A stretch of DNA of 64,000 nt from an uncultured Nitrospiraceae bacterium (GTDB taxonomy: Bacteria; Nitrospirota; Nitrospiria; Nitrospirales; Nitrospiraceae): positions 320,001-384,000 of the forward strand of contig CAWJWJ010000001.1 of NCBI GenBank assembly GCA_963846575.1. The letters are read 5' to 3'. The translations under genes and the position numbers were made by a program. Position 1 is the stretch's first letter. Every line of letters starts with the position of its first letter. The notes beneath the pieces are model-generated. The model saw only the letters and a program-made list of their open reading frames with translations, was not told the DNA's origin and searched no databases. Of the stretch, positions 51,622 to 60,875 are shown one piece after another.

Positions 51622-53340
51622 ATGCCTACCAGCTTCACGCTTCTTTTGATTGAAGACAGTCGTCAGGATGCAGAATTAGTTCTTGAGACTCTCCGTGACG
51701 GCGGGTTTGATCCCATCTGTCGGCAGGTTGATACCAGGGAAGCGTACTTGAGGGAACTCAATGCCAGCTCCCCCGATTTGATCTTGTCCGATTTTTCGCT
51801 ACCTCAGTTTGATGGAAAGTCGGCGTTACAATTATTGAAGGCAAGTGGATTGGAAATTCCCTTTATTATTGTGTCAGGGTGCATCGGCGAGGACATGGCC
51901 GTGGAGTGTATGAAGGCCGGCGCCGAAGACTACCTACTAAAGGACCGGCTGGGGCGCCTGCCGCATGCCGTGTCACAGGCACTCGACCGGAAACGCCTGC
52001 TTGAGGAGAAACGCCAAGCGGAACAACGGTTATTCCTCGAAACTTTTCATGATCCACTCACTGGCTTGCCGAATCGCTCGTTGTTTCTTGATCGAGTCAA
52101 TCGGGTGATTCTTCGAAACCAACGAGAAATCGGTCGCTTGTTTGCAGTGGTCTACCTGAACCTCGAGGGATTTCAAATCGTGCACAATAGTCTGGGACCT
52201 TCTGCCGCTGACCGCTTGCTCATCGAGGTGAGCCGACGCCTCTTGATGAGAGTTCGCTCCGCCGACACGCTGGCTCGCCCCGGCGGAGAAGATTTCGTAT
52301 TCCTCCTGGACAATCTCAAATCCGACGACAACGCAACGAGAGTGGCGGAACGAATCCGGCAGGAGTTCGCGCTGCCGTTCTCACTGGACGGGCAGGACAT
52401 TTTTCTCACAGCGACCTTGGGTATCACCCTAAGTGCCACCGGATACAATGATGCGGAACATGCACTGCGGGATGCCACGACGGCGCTTCAGCGCGCACAG
52501 GCGCTCGGCCGTTCCGGGTTTGCCATATTTGATCAGGTCATGCACAACCAGGCCATGACCCGACTCAAGCTGGAAACCGATTTGCGTCAAGCCCTGGAGC
52601 GAAACGAGTTCCGACTGCATTACCAGCCCATCATCGATTTGGACATAGGATGTGTTACCGGATTTGAAGCACTCATTCGTTGGCAGCATCCGGAGCATGG
52701 ACTCATGATGCCGCAGGCGTTTTTGACGGTTGCCGCCGAACTGGGCATGCTGCCATCAATCGGCGCATGGAGCTGTAGGGAGGCTTGCAGGCAACTCCGT
52801 GCCTGGCAGGATGCATTCTTAAAAACGCCGCCGCTGACGATGAGCGTGAACCTGTCTACCGAACAGTTCGCTGACCTCGACCTGCTTTCTAAACTCCAAC
52901 AGATCGTGGAGTTTACCGCCATCGAGCCCGGAAGCCTGAAGATTGAGATCACCGAATCCGAAGTCATGGAAAATCCGAAAGCTGTATGCGACATGTTGTG
53001 CCAACTCAAAAAATCTGAAATCGATGCCTGCTTGGATGATTTCGGAACAGGATATTCGTCTCTCAGCTACCTCCAGCAACTGCCGATCACTTTCATCAAG
53101 ATCGATCAGTCATTCGTACGGCGGTTGGGCGGGGAAGACGATGCCCTGGCTATCGTGAAGACAATTGTGGTTCTGGCACATCAACTGGGGCGCAAGGTTA
53201 TTGCAGAAGGGGTCGAAACGGTCGAGCACCTGAACCTGCTTCGGTCGCTGGGCTGTGAATATGCCCAAGGATATCTATTTGCGAAACCCCTTCCCGATGT
53301 CGAAGCCCGCAATCTATTAATGGCCAGTCGCCGATGGTGA
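51622..53340 (+). CDS. REC-GGDEF(degenerate)-EAL protein, probable c-di-GMP phosphodiesterase
   Basis: REC (IEDS, SDFSLP), HDPLTGLPNR, GGEDF, FEALIRW, EITE, DDFGTGYSS, KID, AEGVE. Confidence 0.93.
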   Translation: MPTSFTLLLIEDSRQDAELVLETLRDGGFDPICRQVDTREAYLRELNASSPDLILSDFSLPQFDGKSALQLLKASGLEIPFIIVSGCIGEDMAVECMKAGAEDYLLKDRLGRLPHAVSQALDRKRLLEEKRQAEQRLFLETFHDPLTGLPNRSLFLDRVNRVILRNQREIGRLFAVVYLNLEGFQIVHNSLGPSAADRLLIEVSRRLLMRVRSADTLARPGGEDFVFLLDNLKSDDNATRVAERIRQEFALPFSLDGQDIFLTATLGITLSATGYNDAEHALRDATTALQRAQALGRSGFAIFDQVMHNQAMTRLKLETDLRQALERNEFRLHYQPIIDLDIGCVTGFEALIRWQHPEHGLMMPQAFLTVAAELGMLPSIGAWSCREACRQLRAWQDAFLKTPPLTMSVNLSTEQFADLDLLSKLQQIVEFTAIEPGSLKIEITESEVMENPKAVCDMLCQLKKSEIDACLDDFGTGYSSLSYLQQLPITFIKIDQSFVRRLGGEDDALAIVKTIVVLAHQLGRKVIAEGVETVEHLNLLRSLGCEYAQGYLFAKPLPDVEARNLLMASRRW

Positions 53341-53614
53341 CCTGCCCGCGAGGGATTGGAAACGGCCGGCGCATGCAAATAGTTCGAGAATTACAGGGCT
53401 GCTGAAAAACCCTACGCATAGGTAATGGAAGAGGCCTCGCTGCCGCATCGGGGTCCGTCCGCCGCCAGCGATGCCAGCAAGCCAGATCGTTTGGGGCTCT
53501 ATCAAACAAACGGCCAGTCATTTGCTGCATCGCAAGAAGAGTAACAGGCTTGTGTCCAACACCATGCTGCTTTTCTAAATGTTCATCTCTCACTGGGCGA
53601 GGCTGTAGGCGGAA

Positions 53615-53845
53615 ATGAATAGACGTCAAGTAGATTACTGCTCCATGATCACGCTCTTCATCGGACTCGGCGCGGGTTGCACAACACCTTCTGTCTGTCC
53701 CGTACAAAATGAGGTTTCCTCCCCGACCCTGGCGTCTTCCGCCTTACAACAGAAAGTGAAGGAGCAGGACAAGCGAATCGCCGAACTGTCTATACAGTTG
53801 AATCTGCTGAAACGGATTGATCAAGACAGGAAAAGGGATCGCTAG
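53615..53845 (+). CDS. Small lipoprotein with C-terminal coiled coil (paralog A)
   Basis: Lipobox LGAGC; C-terminus conserved with 57449-57703 through many synonymous changes. Confidence 0.75.
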   Translation: MNRRQVDYCSMITLFIGLGAGCTTPSVCPVQNEVSSPTLASSALQQKVKEQDKRIAELSIQLNLLKRIDQDRKRDR

Positions 53846-54011
53846 ATCCTGCACGCATGGCTGAGCAGGCAGGCGCATTGAAGGCGATGCACGGATCGTT
53901 CGGACCGGCTCACTGGGATAAATGGCGGATCGCAGTCAGATCGGTTTACTGAGTTTGGTAGCGAGTAGATGCACCTGAACATCGGAAGTGGGGAGGTCGC
54001 TCAGCGGCATG

Positions 54012-57000
54012 TCATGCCACGCGGGTCGCTTTGCCACCTGCGTCGGCTTTGTTCGCCCATCTGGTCAGAATGCGCGTGAGTTGTTCGACGTTGACTGGTT
54101 TGCTGACATAATCATCCATCCCGGCACTAAGGCAACGCTCGCGATCTTCCTGCATCGCATTCGCCGTGAGCGCAATGATAGGGATATGCCTGTTCAGTTC
54201 TCCCCTCATCTCTAGCTCGCGAATTCTTCTGGTGGCTTCAAATCCGTCCAGTTCAGGCATCTGGCAATCCATCAGCACTACATCGTAAGGGAGCCGCCGG
54301 ATCGCATCGATGGCTTCCAAGCCATTGGCAGCGACATCGGCTTTGTAGCCCAAATTTTCTAATAAACGAACCGCAACTTTCTGATTGACGACGTTATCCT
54401 CCACAACCAGCATTCGACCGCGGCTGCAGGCCTCAGCTTCTATCAACTGATGTTTTGTGACGAGTGGTGCGGACACCATGCTCGACGGCAGAGTCGTTGC
54501 CTGACCCAGGACCAGCTTGATACAAGCATACAATTGGGCCTGACGTACTGGTTTAATTAGGTACCCTGAGATACCCGCTGCCTGCGCCGCCTTCGCGCCC
54601 CCCCGTTTCGACATACACGTGAGGAGGATCATCTTGACTGACGCGGTGCGCGGATCCCCCTTAATGGTTTGAGCTAGTTCTAGACCGTCCATGCCGGACA
54701 TCTGGCTGTCGAGAATGACCAGGTCAAACGGCTGTGGTCCCAATGCTGCTTCGCGCAACATGGACAGCGCTTCTGACGGTCTGTCCGTCTCCGCACAGAC
54801 CATGCCCCATGCCTGCGCATAGTGTCGAAGCAGCCTTCGGTTTGTCGCCGTGTCATCGACAATACATAACCGTAGCCCGCGGAGATCATCCACTCCCAGC
54901 AGAGAAGGGTGGTCGTTCATTTGCTGTCGCCCTAGCCGGACTGTGAACCAGAAGCGGCTTCCCTCCCCTAGTGTGGATTCGAGACCTATTTCTCCGCCCA
55001 TCAGCGCCGTCAAGCGTTTACTGATAGCCAACCCCAGGCCGGTGCCACCATACTTCCTCGTGGTGGAGCCATCAGCCTGACTGAAAGAGTGAAAGAGCTT
55101 CCCGATGTTGTCCGGGCTGATTCCAATACCTGTATCCACCACGTCCATACGGATGATGACGTCCTCACTCACGAACTCCTGCAAGCTGACTTGCACGCTC
55201 ACTTCCCCGCGCTCGGTAAACTTAATGGCGTTCCCGATCAGATTACTCAAAATTTGGCGGATTCTACCGGGATCACCATGGACCCTCGAGGGCACGGCTG
55301 CGTCCATCAATCCCACCAGATCTAGGCCCTTCCGTTGTGCCGCCTCGGCCATGAGTTCCACCGTTTCTTCGAGCATGGTGCGTAAGTCAAAATTAATACG
55401 TTCAATGGTCAGTTTTCCTGCTTCAATTTTTGAAAAGTCCAGAATGTCATTAATAATGGTGAGCAACGTCTCCCCGGACCGTCGCACCGTTTCAGCAAAT
55501 TCCCGCTGCTCAGGCGATAATCCTGTATCGAGGAGAAGTCCGGTCATACCGATGACGCCATTCATGGGCGTCCGAATTTCGTGACTCATGGTGGCGAGAA
55601 AGTCCGCTTTGGCTTGGGCACTCCGCTCGGCGGCCTCTCGTGCCAGGGATGCGCTCCGTTCGGCTTCCAAGCGTTCGAGGAATTGTCCTATCTGAAGTCC
55701 GACCAAATGCAGCGCAACGAGCAAGGCCTCATCACGGTCTTGTACGCTGGACCAAAGAAACTCCATAACTCCTAAGGTAATCCCCCCCGATCTGATGGGA
55801 AAGGCAACCACCGACTGTAATCCACAGAGTGCGGCCACGTCTTTTCGTGGGAAATCCGAGTCGTCTGCAATCTCTCGGATCCAAGTAGGATTGTGTGTCG
55901 AGAGGACGCGTCCCGGCACACCTTCGCCCGCACGGAATGAAATGGATCGAGAACGCATCTCAAACGCGTCATATTGGGTTGGCGACGCACTCCAGACCGA
56001 CCGACAATGAAGTGATCCCTCCTCCGCATTTGTGAGCCATAAACCTGCGGTATCGGCAGAAAGAGCTGCCCCCACCTTCACCAGGATTAGGGCCAGCCCG
56101 GCCTCAGGGTCTCGTGCCTCGCTCATTACGCGGGCAGCCGCATACTGGACAGCCATCCGCTGTTCCATGCGTTTACGGTCGGTGATGTCTTGGACTGTTC
56201 CAACATGTCCTCGAATCGTGCCGTTCGCATGGTACAGCGGACGGGACCGGCTATGAACCCAGCGCACGCGCCCGCTGGGTTGCTGCATGCGGAATTCTGC
56301 TTCATATTCTTGGCCGGCAGGGACGCACTGGCTCCATCCTGCCACCATAACGCCACGGTCTTCCGGATGGACGGCGAGACTCCAGTCCGTATGCAGACTA
56401 GCCTCCAGTGACAGGCCTGCCATCTCCTGCCAACGCTTGTTCGTGTATACGGCGGTTCCCTGAGCATCAGTCACAAAGATTCCGTCGGGGGACATCTCAC
56501 ACGCGGAGTGGAAATGAGCCTCGCTTTCCTGCAATTCGACTGTCACACCTTCACTGAGACGCCAATAGAGAAGGATGGCCACACATTCAGCCAACAAAAA
56601 CGCGCCATGAACGAGTGCCCAGGGCCAGGGATGGGTCCACGCCGCCGAATAGTCATTGCCCGATCGCGGCATCGTCCAGTCCATCAATCCATGATGAAGG
56701 ACAACCAAGACGAGATTTGCCAGAATCGGAGCCCAGTCGAGATACAGCGCAATGAAGGCAATCATCACGAAGAAATGGAAATGCGCTTCGATACGCTCGC
56801 CGGACAAGTAAACCAGAGCCGCCGAACAAACAAACAATCCTATCGACATCGTCAGACCTCGCAAGAGGCGAGTGACATGCCGAATCGAAGCAACGGTAGC
56901 GATCAGGCTGATCCCCGCTGCAGCCAGGAGCGCATCTACGCGTGACTCCCCGTTCCAGCAGCCATAGATCGCGTAGGAGGTCGCGTGAAACCAAAGGACC

Positions 57001-57155
57001 CATAACAGGGTGGCATGTCGTTGATCCCAATGGTTACCGTTCAGTACTTGGCTGCAAGGGACCGCATTCCGTATCGCTAAGACAGCGCGCTTGGCCTGCA
57101 CTATGCACCCGTTCATGGTATGGAGAGACATGGCGCTATTATGGCAATCAAACAA
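54012..57155 (-). CDS. Hybrid histidine kinase: TM(HFHFF)-PAS-GAF-HisKA-HATPase-REC-REC; start uncertain
   Basis: EAHFHFFV membrane domain, PAS, GAF, FLATMSHEIRTPMNG, NAIKFT, GGTGLGL, two REC domains (LDSQM, MDCQMP). Confidence 0.93.
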   Translation of the reverse strand: MFDCHNSAMSLHTMNGCIVQAKRAVLAIRNAVPCSQVLNGNHWDQRHATLLWVLWFHATSYAIYGCWNGESRVDALLAAAGISLIATVASIRHVTRLLRGLTMSIGLFVCSAALVYLSGERIEAHFHFFVMIAFIALYLDWAPILANLVLVVLHHGLMDWTMPRSGNDYSAAWTHPWPWALVHGAFLLAECVAILLYWRLSEGVTVELQESEAHFHSACEMSPDGIFVTDAQGTAVYTNKRWQEMAGLSLEASLHTDWSLAVHPEDRGVMVAGWSQCVPAGQEYEAEFRMQQPSGRVRWVHSRSRPLYHANGTIRGHVGTVQDITDRKRMEQRMAVQYAAARVMSEARDPEAGLALILVKVGAALSADTAGLWLTNAEEGSLHCRSVWSASPTQYDAFEMRSRSISFRAGEGVPGRVLSTHNPTWIREIADDSDFPRKDVAALCGLQSVVAFPIRSGGITLGVMEFLWSSVQDRDEALLVALHLVGLQIGQFLERLEAERSASLAREAAERSAQAKADFLATMSHEIRTPMNGVIGMTGLLLDTGLSPEQREFAETVRRSGETLLTIINDILDFSKIEAGKLTIERINFDLRTMLEETVELMAEAAQRKGLDLVGLMDAAVPSRVHGDPGRIRQILSNLIGNAIKFTERGEVSVQVSLQEFVSEDVIIRMDVVDTGIGISPDNIGKLFHSFSQADGSTTRKYGGTGLGLAISKRLTALMGGEIGLESTLGEGSRFWFTVRLGRQQMNDHPSLLGVDDLRGLRLCIVDDTATNRRLLRHYAQAWGMVCAETDRPSEALSMLREAALGPQPFDLVILDSQMSGMDGLELAQTIKGDPRTASVKMILLTCMSKRGGAKAAQAAGISGYLIKPVRQAQLYACIKLVLGQATTLPSSMVSAPLVTKHQLIEAEACSRGRMLVVEDNVVNQKVAVRLLENLGYKADVAANGLEAIDAIRRLPYDVVLMDCQMPELDGFEATRRIRELEMRGELNRHIPIIALTANAMQEDRERCLSAGMDDYVSKPVNVEQLTRILTRWANKADAGGKATRVA

Positions 57156-57448
57156 CTCGGGTGAACCGCGGCAGGGGGAATTTTCAAGCTAACACCGAGC
57201 GTACCTGCGGACGCCGACGGTCTTCCCTATGCCCCTGCGCTCCTAATAAGAGTACCGTTACATTGTAAAGGAAGCCTCTTGGCGGGAAAGTGTATTCTCG
57301 TTTTAAACCTGGAACCATAAGGTCTGAACACCGTCACAAATGTACCGCCTGGCCTGGGTCCATCCTCCGGCGGCCGGTCGTTGCTAGCCACCATGGATGT
57401 TTTGACACTGGGCCTCTGACTAATGGGCAGCGGCAATGTCGCCGGTGC

Positions 57449-57703
57449 CTATCGATCCTTGCTTCGGTCGTGATCAATACGTTTCAGCAGGTTCAACTGC
57501 ATAGTTAGCTCACTGATGCGTTTTTCCTGCACTCTTATTTTTTGTTGCAACCCGGATTCCGGCGAAGTCGATACTTGCCTAATCTGGGAAGAAGGTGCTG
57601 CGACGAGGCTGGGAACCTCACACGGAGGAGCAACCGCGCACCCCCCGCTGAGTGCTATCCCAGAGATGAGGAGCGAGGCATATCCCCATCGTTGTCCGTT
57701 CAT
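57449..57703 (-). CDS. Small lipoprotein with C-terminal coiled coil (paralog B)
   Basis: Lipobox LSGGC; QQKIRVQEKRISELTMQLNLLKRIDHDR. Confidence 0.75.
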   Translation of the reverse strand: MNGQRWGYASLLISGIALSGGCAVAPPCEVPSLVAAPSSQIRQVSTSPESGLQQKIRVQEKRISELTMQLNLLKRIDHDRSKDR

Positions 57704-57802
57704 AGCCATTGCTTCAATCTTTGCGCATAAAAGTGTCAGTGCCATATACGACCACCTTTGCATGTATGGTGGAACTCCGTCCCTTGACGGCACCTGTACC
57801 AT

Positions 57803-58138
57803 CTAGACCGTCACAAGATAATCCTCCAACCGCTGCCGATCTTCGGTAGACATGCTAACGAACTCCACTGTAAACGCACCCCAATGGCCCCACGTTATCT
57901 TGGCGTGATCGATCCGAAGCGGCGAGTCGCTCCCAGGTAGGTGAATCCGCAACTCCAGCGTTCCTGATTCAGGAAGCTGCTGGGCACGAATGCTCCCTTC
58001 TGCGCCGGACATGAAGTCTAGAACGCTGGTCCGCTCACATTCTGGATTCCCGCCCATCGGCCAGTAATCCACCCGGCAGGATACCTTGAGACTCTGGTTC
58101 ATATCTGAACCCTCCGCTTCGAAGTTCTTACTGCTCAT
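57803..58138 (-). CDS. Degenerate PilZ-like protein
   Basis: LELRIHLPGSDSPLRIDHAKITW..FTVEFVSMSTEDRQRLEDYL resembles the PilZ barrel C-terminus. Confidence 0.6.
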   Translation of the reverse strand: MSSKNFEAEGSDMNQSLKVSCRVDYWPMGGNPECERTSVLDFMSGAEGSIRAQQLPESGTLELRIHLPGSDSPLRIDHAKITWGHWGAFTVEFVSMSTEDRQRLEDYLVTV

Positions 58139-58299
58139 GATTCAAGCGTAGTGGGGGTTCGCCAAACTGGCTATGCCGCAGAGGACGTACTATCAGGGAG
58201 TACGAATGGGGGGCTATCGGCGGGCTAACGTAAGAATGTTCTTTTGTGCGTGCCAGATGACGAACGGATTGAGACGTTCCCTGTCAGCGACGAACGCCG

Positions 58300-58885
58300 A
58301 ACTCATATCTCAAGTATCGAACCGGGCAACCTGACTGGGTGACATCAATCTCGACCGTCCGGTTCCTGTGGGACCACCATGCTGGATGGATTAACGGCAC
58401 CCCATTGGATTCGCCCGCTCCTGAGGACGGCAAGCTTCTGCCGCCGACGGCTGGAAGCCAACGCGGCACCCACTACGGTCCGCAAGGAATGGGACGTCCT
58501 GATGCGGATCATAAATCCTGCCGGCGATTTTGAGTAATCTGACCGAAGCCGTCTCAAGCGCGTTCAGCTCTCCGAGGTATCTTCCTGTCAGCGTACAGCC
58601 ACAATCTTGGGTTTTTCGGCAGTGAGGTTTCAGGCAGCGAAACGGCAGACGTGTACCGTTCTCGCACAGCAGTGACCCAGCGGAATTTCGGAAGATTGTT
58701 CAGAGTGCCCTCCATACTGGACTGAGGGAAGCCAAGATTCTCGAAATCAAACGATTCTGAATCAAACAGCGGACTGATGGATGGTGGCTCATTTTGCGCG
58801 GGCTAAGACCCGCTGTAAAGGCACGCCGCTCGAACTCCCCTTGAAGGCATCCGCGCATCGGACACCCTGCCCACAAATCACTTCA
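58300..58885 (+). pseudogene. Tyrosine recombinase/integrase remnant (frameshifts, stops, C-terminal loss)
   Basis: RRRLEANAAPTTVRKEWDVLMRIIN from 58442, stop at 58535, DRSRLKRVQL, then in another frame box-I ALHTGLREAKILEI from 58707 and a stop at 58758. Confidence 0.82.
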
Positions 58886-58964
58886 ACCGACGGTCGCATT
58901 GTTGTCGAACCCCAAGCTCCCGAAGTCAGCCGAGCTACTTGACACTACGCATAACCGGACGATT

Positions 58965-58988
58965 TTGTCTTATGGATTGTCCTATGAA
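58965..58988 (+). repeat. Tandem 12-bp repeat, candidate integrase arm-type sites
   Basis: TTGTCTTATGGA-TTGTCCTATGAA between the integrase remnant and the tRNA 3' end. Confidence 0.5.
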
Positions 58989-59054
58989 GGTTCGGCCACC
59001 GTGAAGCCTAAGCTGAGGAAGGTTGCGAACTCATCGGACGATCAGGGGAAAGGT

Positions 59055-59132
59055 TGGTGGTCCCAACGGGATTTGAACCCGTGTCTGAGCCTTGAGAGGG
59101 CTCCGTCCTAGGCCAAGCTAGACGATGGGACC
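59055..59132 (-). tRNA. tRNA-Glu (anticodon CTC)
   Basis: GGTCCCA/TGGGACC acceptor stem, GAGCC-CTCTCAA-GGCTC anticodon arm, GGTTCAAATCC T-arm, encoded CCA. Confidence 0.97.
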
Positions 59133-59155
59133 AGTGAGGCATCAGAAAGAGCGGA

Positions 59156-59185
59156 ACTGTACCATAGCGGGTTTTGGCTTTTCAA
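59156..59185 (-). promoter_or_regulatory. Candidate sigma70 promoter of tRNA-Glu
   Basis: TTGAAA, 18-bp spacer ending TGG, TACAGT (extended -10). Confidence 0.45.
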
Positions 59186-59274
59186 ACAGCAAGTCAAGTT
59201 TCTGAACGACACTTCGACGGCGTACACACATAACTACGCGGCATCGCTTGCGCCAATATTCCAATTAGCCTACA

Positions 59275-59718
59275 TTGCTACTCATGCGGATTCGTGGAGT
59301 AGGCCATCGGATTTATCTCCTCACAGGCATGTTCCCGGCATTTCTGAACCTGGCCGGCTGTGGCGCAACTTTTCTGGAAGGGACTATCGCCCCACCCTAT
59401 TCGAGTGCTTGGGCCCAATGCGGTAATGCCACGAAGGTACGCGTCAAACCGCCTCACTCTACGGTCACCATTTCCTACACCGAGCCCACAACCGGCACCG
59501 ATGGCAAGCCTTTGACGAATCTCGCTCACACCACCATTTATTATAATGCCGGAGAGGGCCCCGTAATCGGCAAGGTCGTCCCTGCCTCACAAAGGACCGG
59601 TGGAGGAAAGGTTTCCCAAACCATTAACATTGCCAGTCAGAACCAGTCTGAGCAGGAGGTAACGGTATGCGTCACGGCCACCGATACCGACGACCGTGAA
59701 GGCCCTGCCTCTCCGTAA
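59275..59718 (+). CDS. Putative lipoprotein with beta-sandwich domain; start uncertain
   Basis: Lipobox LAGC, Thr/Val-rich strands (EPTTGTDGKPLTNL..CVTATD). Confidence 0.65.
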   Translation: MLLMRIRGVGHRIYLLTGMFPAFLNLAGCGATFLEGTIAPPYSSAWAQCGNATKVRVKPPHSTVTISYTEPTTGTDGKPLTNLAHTTIYYNAGEGPVIGKVVPASQRTGGGKVSQTINIASQNQSEQEVTVCVTATDTDDREGPASP

Positions 59719-59842
59719 GCCCGCATCCCAGAACGCACTTGACAGCGCCCTTCTAACAGCCTACCTTTCTTCCACTTATTTGGGCGGGATGCGACCGAGT
59801 ACCGCGCTCAATGGATTCTCAGGTCACCCTAGTTCGATACGC

Positions 59843-60367
59843 ATGGAGCTACGAAAACCCGAGGCAGCCCGTCTCCCTCACCAGATGGAAGCGGAGCGAT
59901 TCAAGCACAGTCTGGAAATCCGCCTCGGTTCCAATATTTTCCGCAACACAAATGGAGTTCTACGCGTTCAGGGCAAGGAGCAACTCGTCCTTGAACTCGG
60001 CCCAGAACGTGACCGGATCCTCCTCACCATCGATGTGTACGACGGCAGCGGCAATCATATCGCGCATCTCCGTCGTAACCGCTGGGCCTTCAACGACGGC
60101 AATCGATTCGCCCTGAACACGAGTGATTCCTCGCCGACGCTGTTCCCGAATCTGCCGTGGCTAAAGCTGGCGGATCAGGAAACCGGGGAGACTGTTTTGG
60201 AAGCCGCTGTGGCACCGGAAGGGAAAATCCAGGTCGCCACAGGTAAGTTTTATTCTCACCGCGGCCAGCTCATCGAAATCACTTCCCACTTCTGCCGGGT
60301 AGGTTCAACTCACACGCTGTTTGGTGATGTCTATGAAGCGGGTGGCGGGACTGCCGTACTCGGGTGA
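59843..60367 (+). CDS. Hypothetical beta-rich protein
   Basis: Natural-looking ORF; no family recognised. Confidence 0.65.
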   Translation: MELRKPEAARLPHQMEAERFKHSLEIRLGSNIFRNTNGVLRVQGKEQLVLELGPERDRILLTIDVYDGSGNHIAHLRRNRWAFNDGNRFALNTSDSSPTLFPNLPWLKLADQETGETVLEAAVAPEGKIQVATGKFYSHRGQLIEITSHFCRVGSTHTLFGDVYEAGGGTAVLG

Positions 60368-60875
60368 CGGAGTCCCCTAACGAGAACTATCACTCACCCC
60401 GGTGGCTCAGGCTGTTTGGCTATGCAGCCACCTTATTGACAACGTCATCCTCACGAAAACGATTTCTGATCAACATTCCCCCCTCTGAAGACCAGACTTT
60501 TCCTTTTCACTAGCACTAGTTGGACACGTGGAAAGGAACGCCAAAAGAACCCCACCCGGGTGTTGATCTTAACTCTCTCAATACCAACCGACTCGCCTGC
60601 ATGTCGTTGCATACATCCTCATTGGCCCCTTTAATAGATTTCTGTTTTGGACGCAATGCAGCCACCACGGCACTCCCCCGCCCAAGTCATTACAACTTTG
60701 CTTATGCCTGAAGGCCCCCCTCAGCGTCTGGAAGCTTTAGAAGCTCCAGCTTTCGGGACACCCGTGACTAACCTCCGGACGTGAGGTGACGAGGTTGAGG
60801 AATTTCAAATGACCCGTAAAATCCAAGTGGAGAGGGATGGATCTCGATGGGGAGCAACTATCAGGCACGATTTGG

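Noticed and set aside
60401..60432. GGTGGCT..AGCCACC hairpin as an intrinsic terminator
   Set aside because: Stem is present but there is no proper U-tract; too weak to call.
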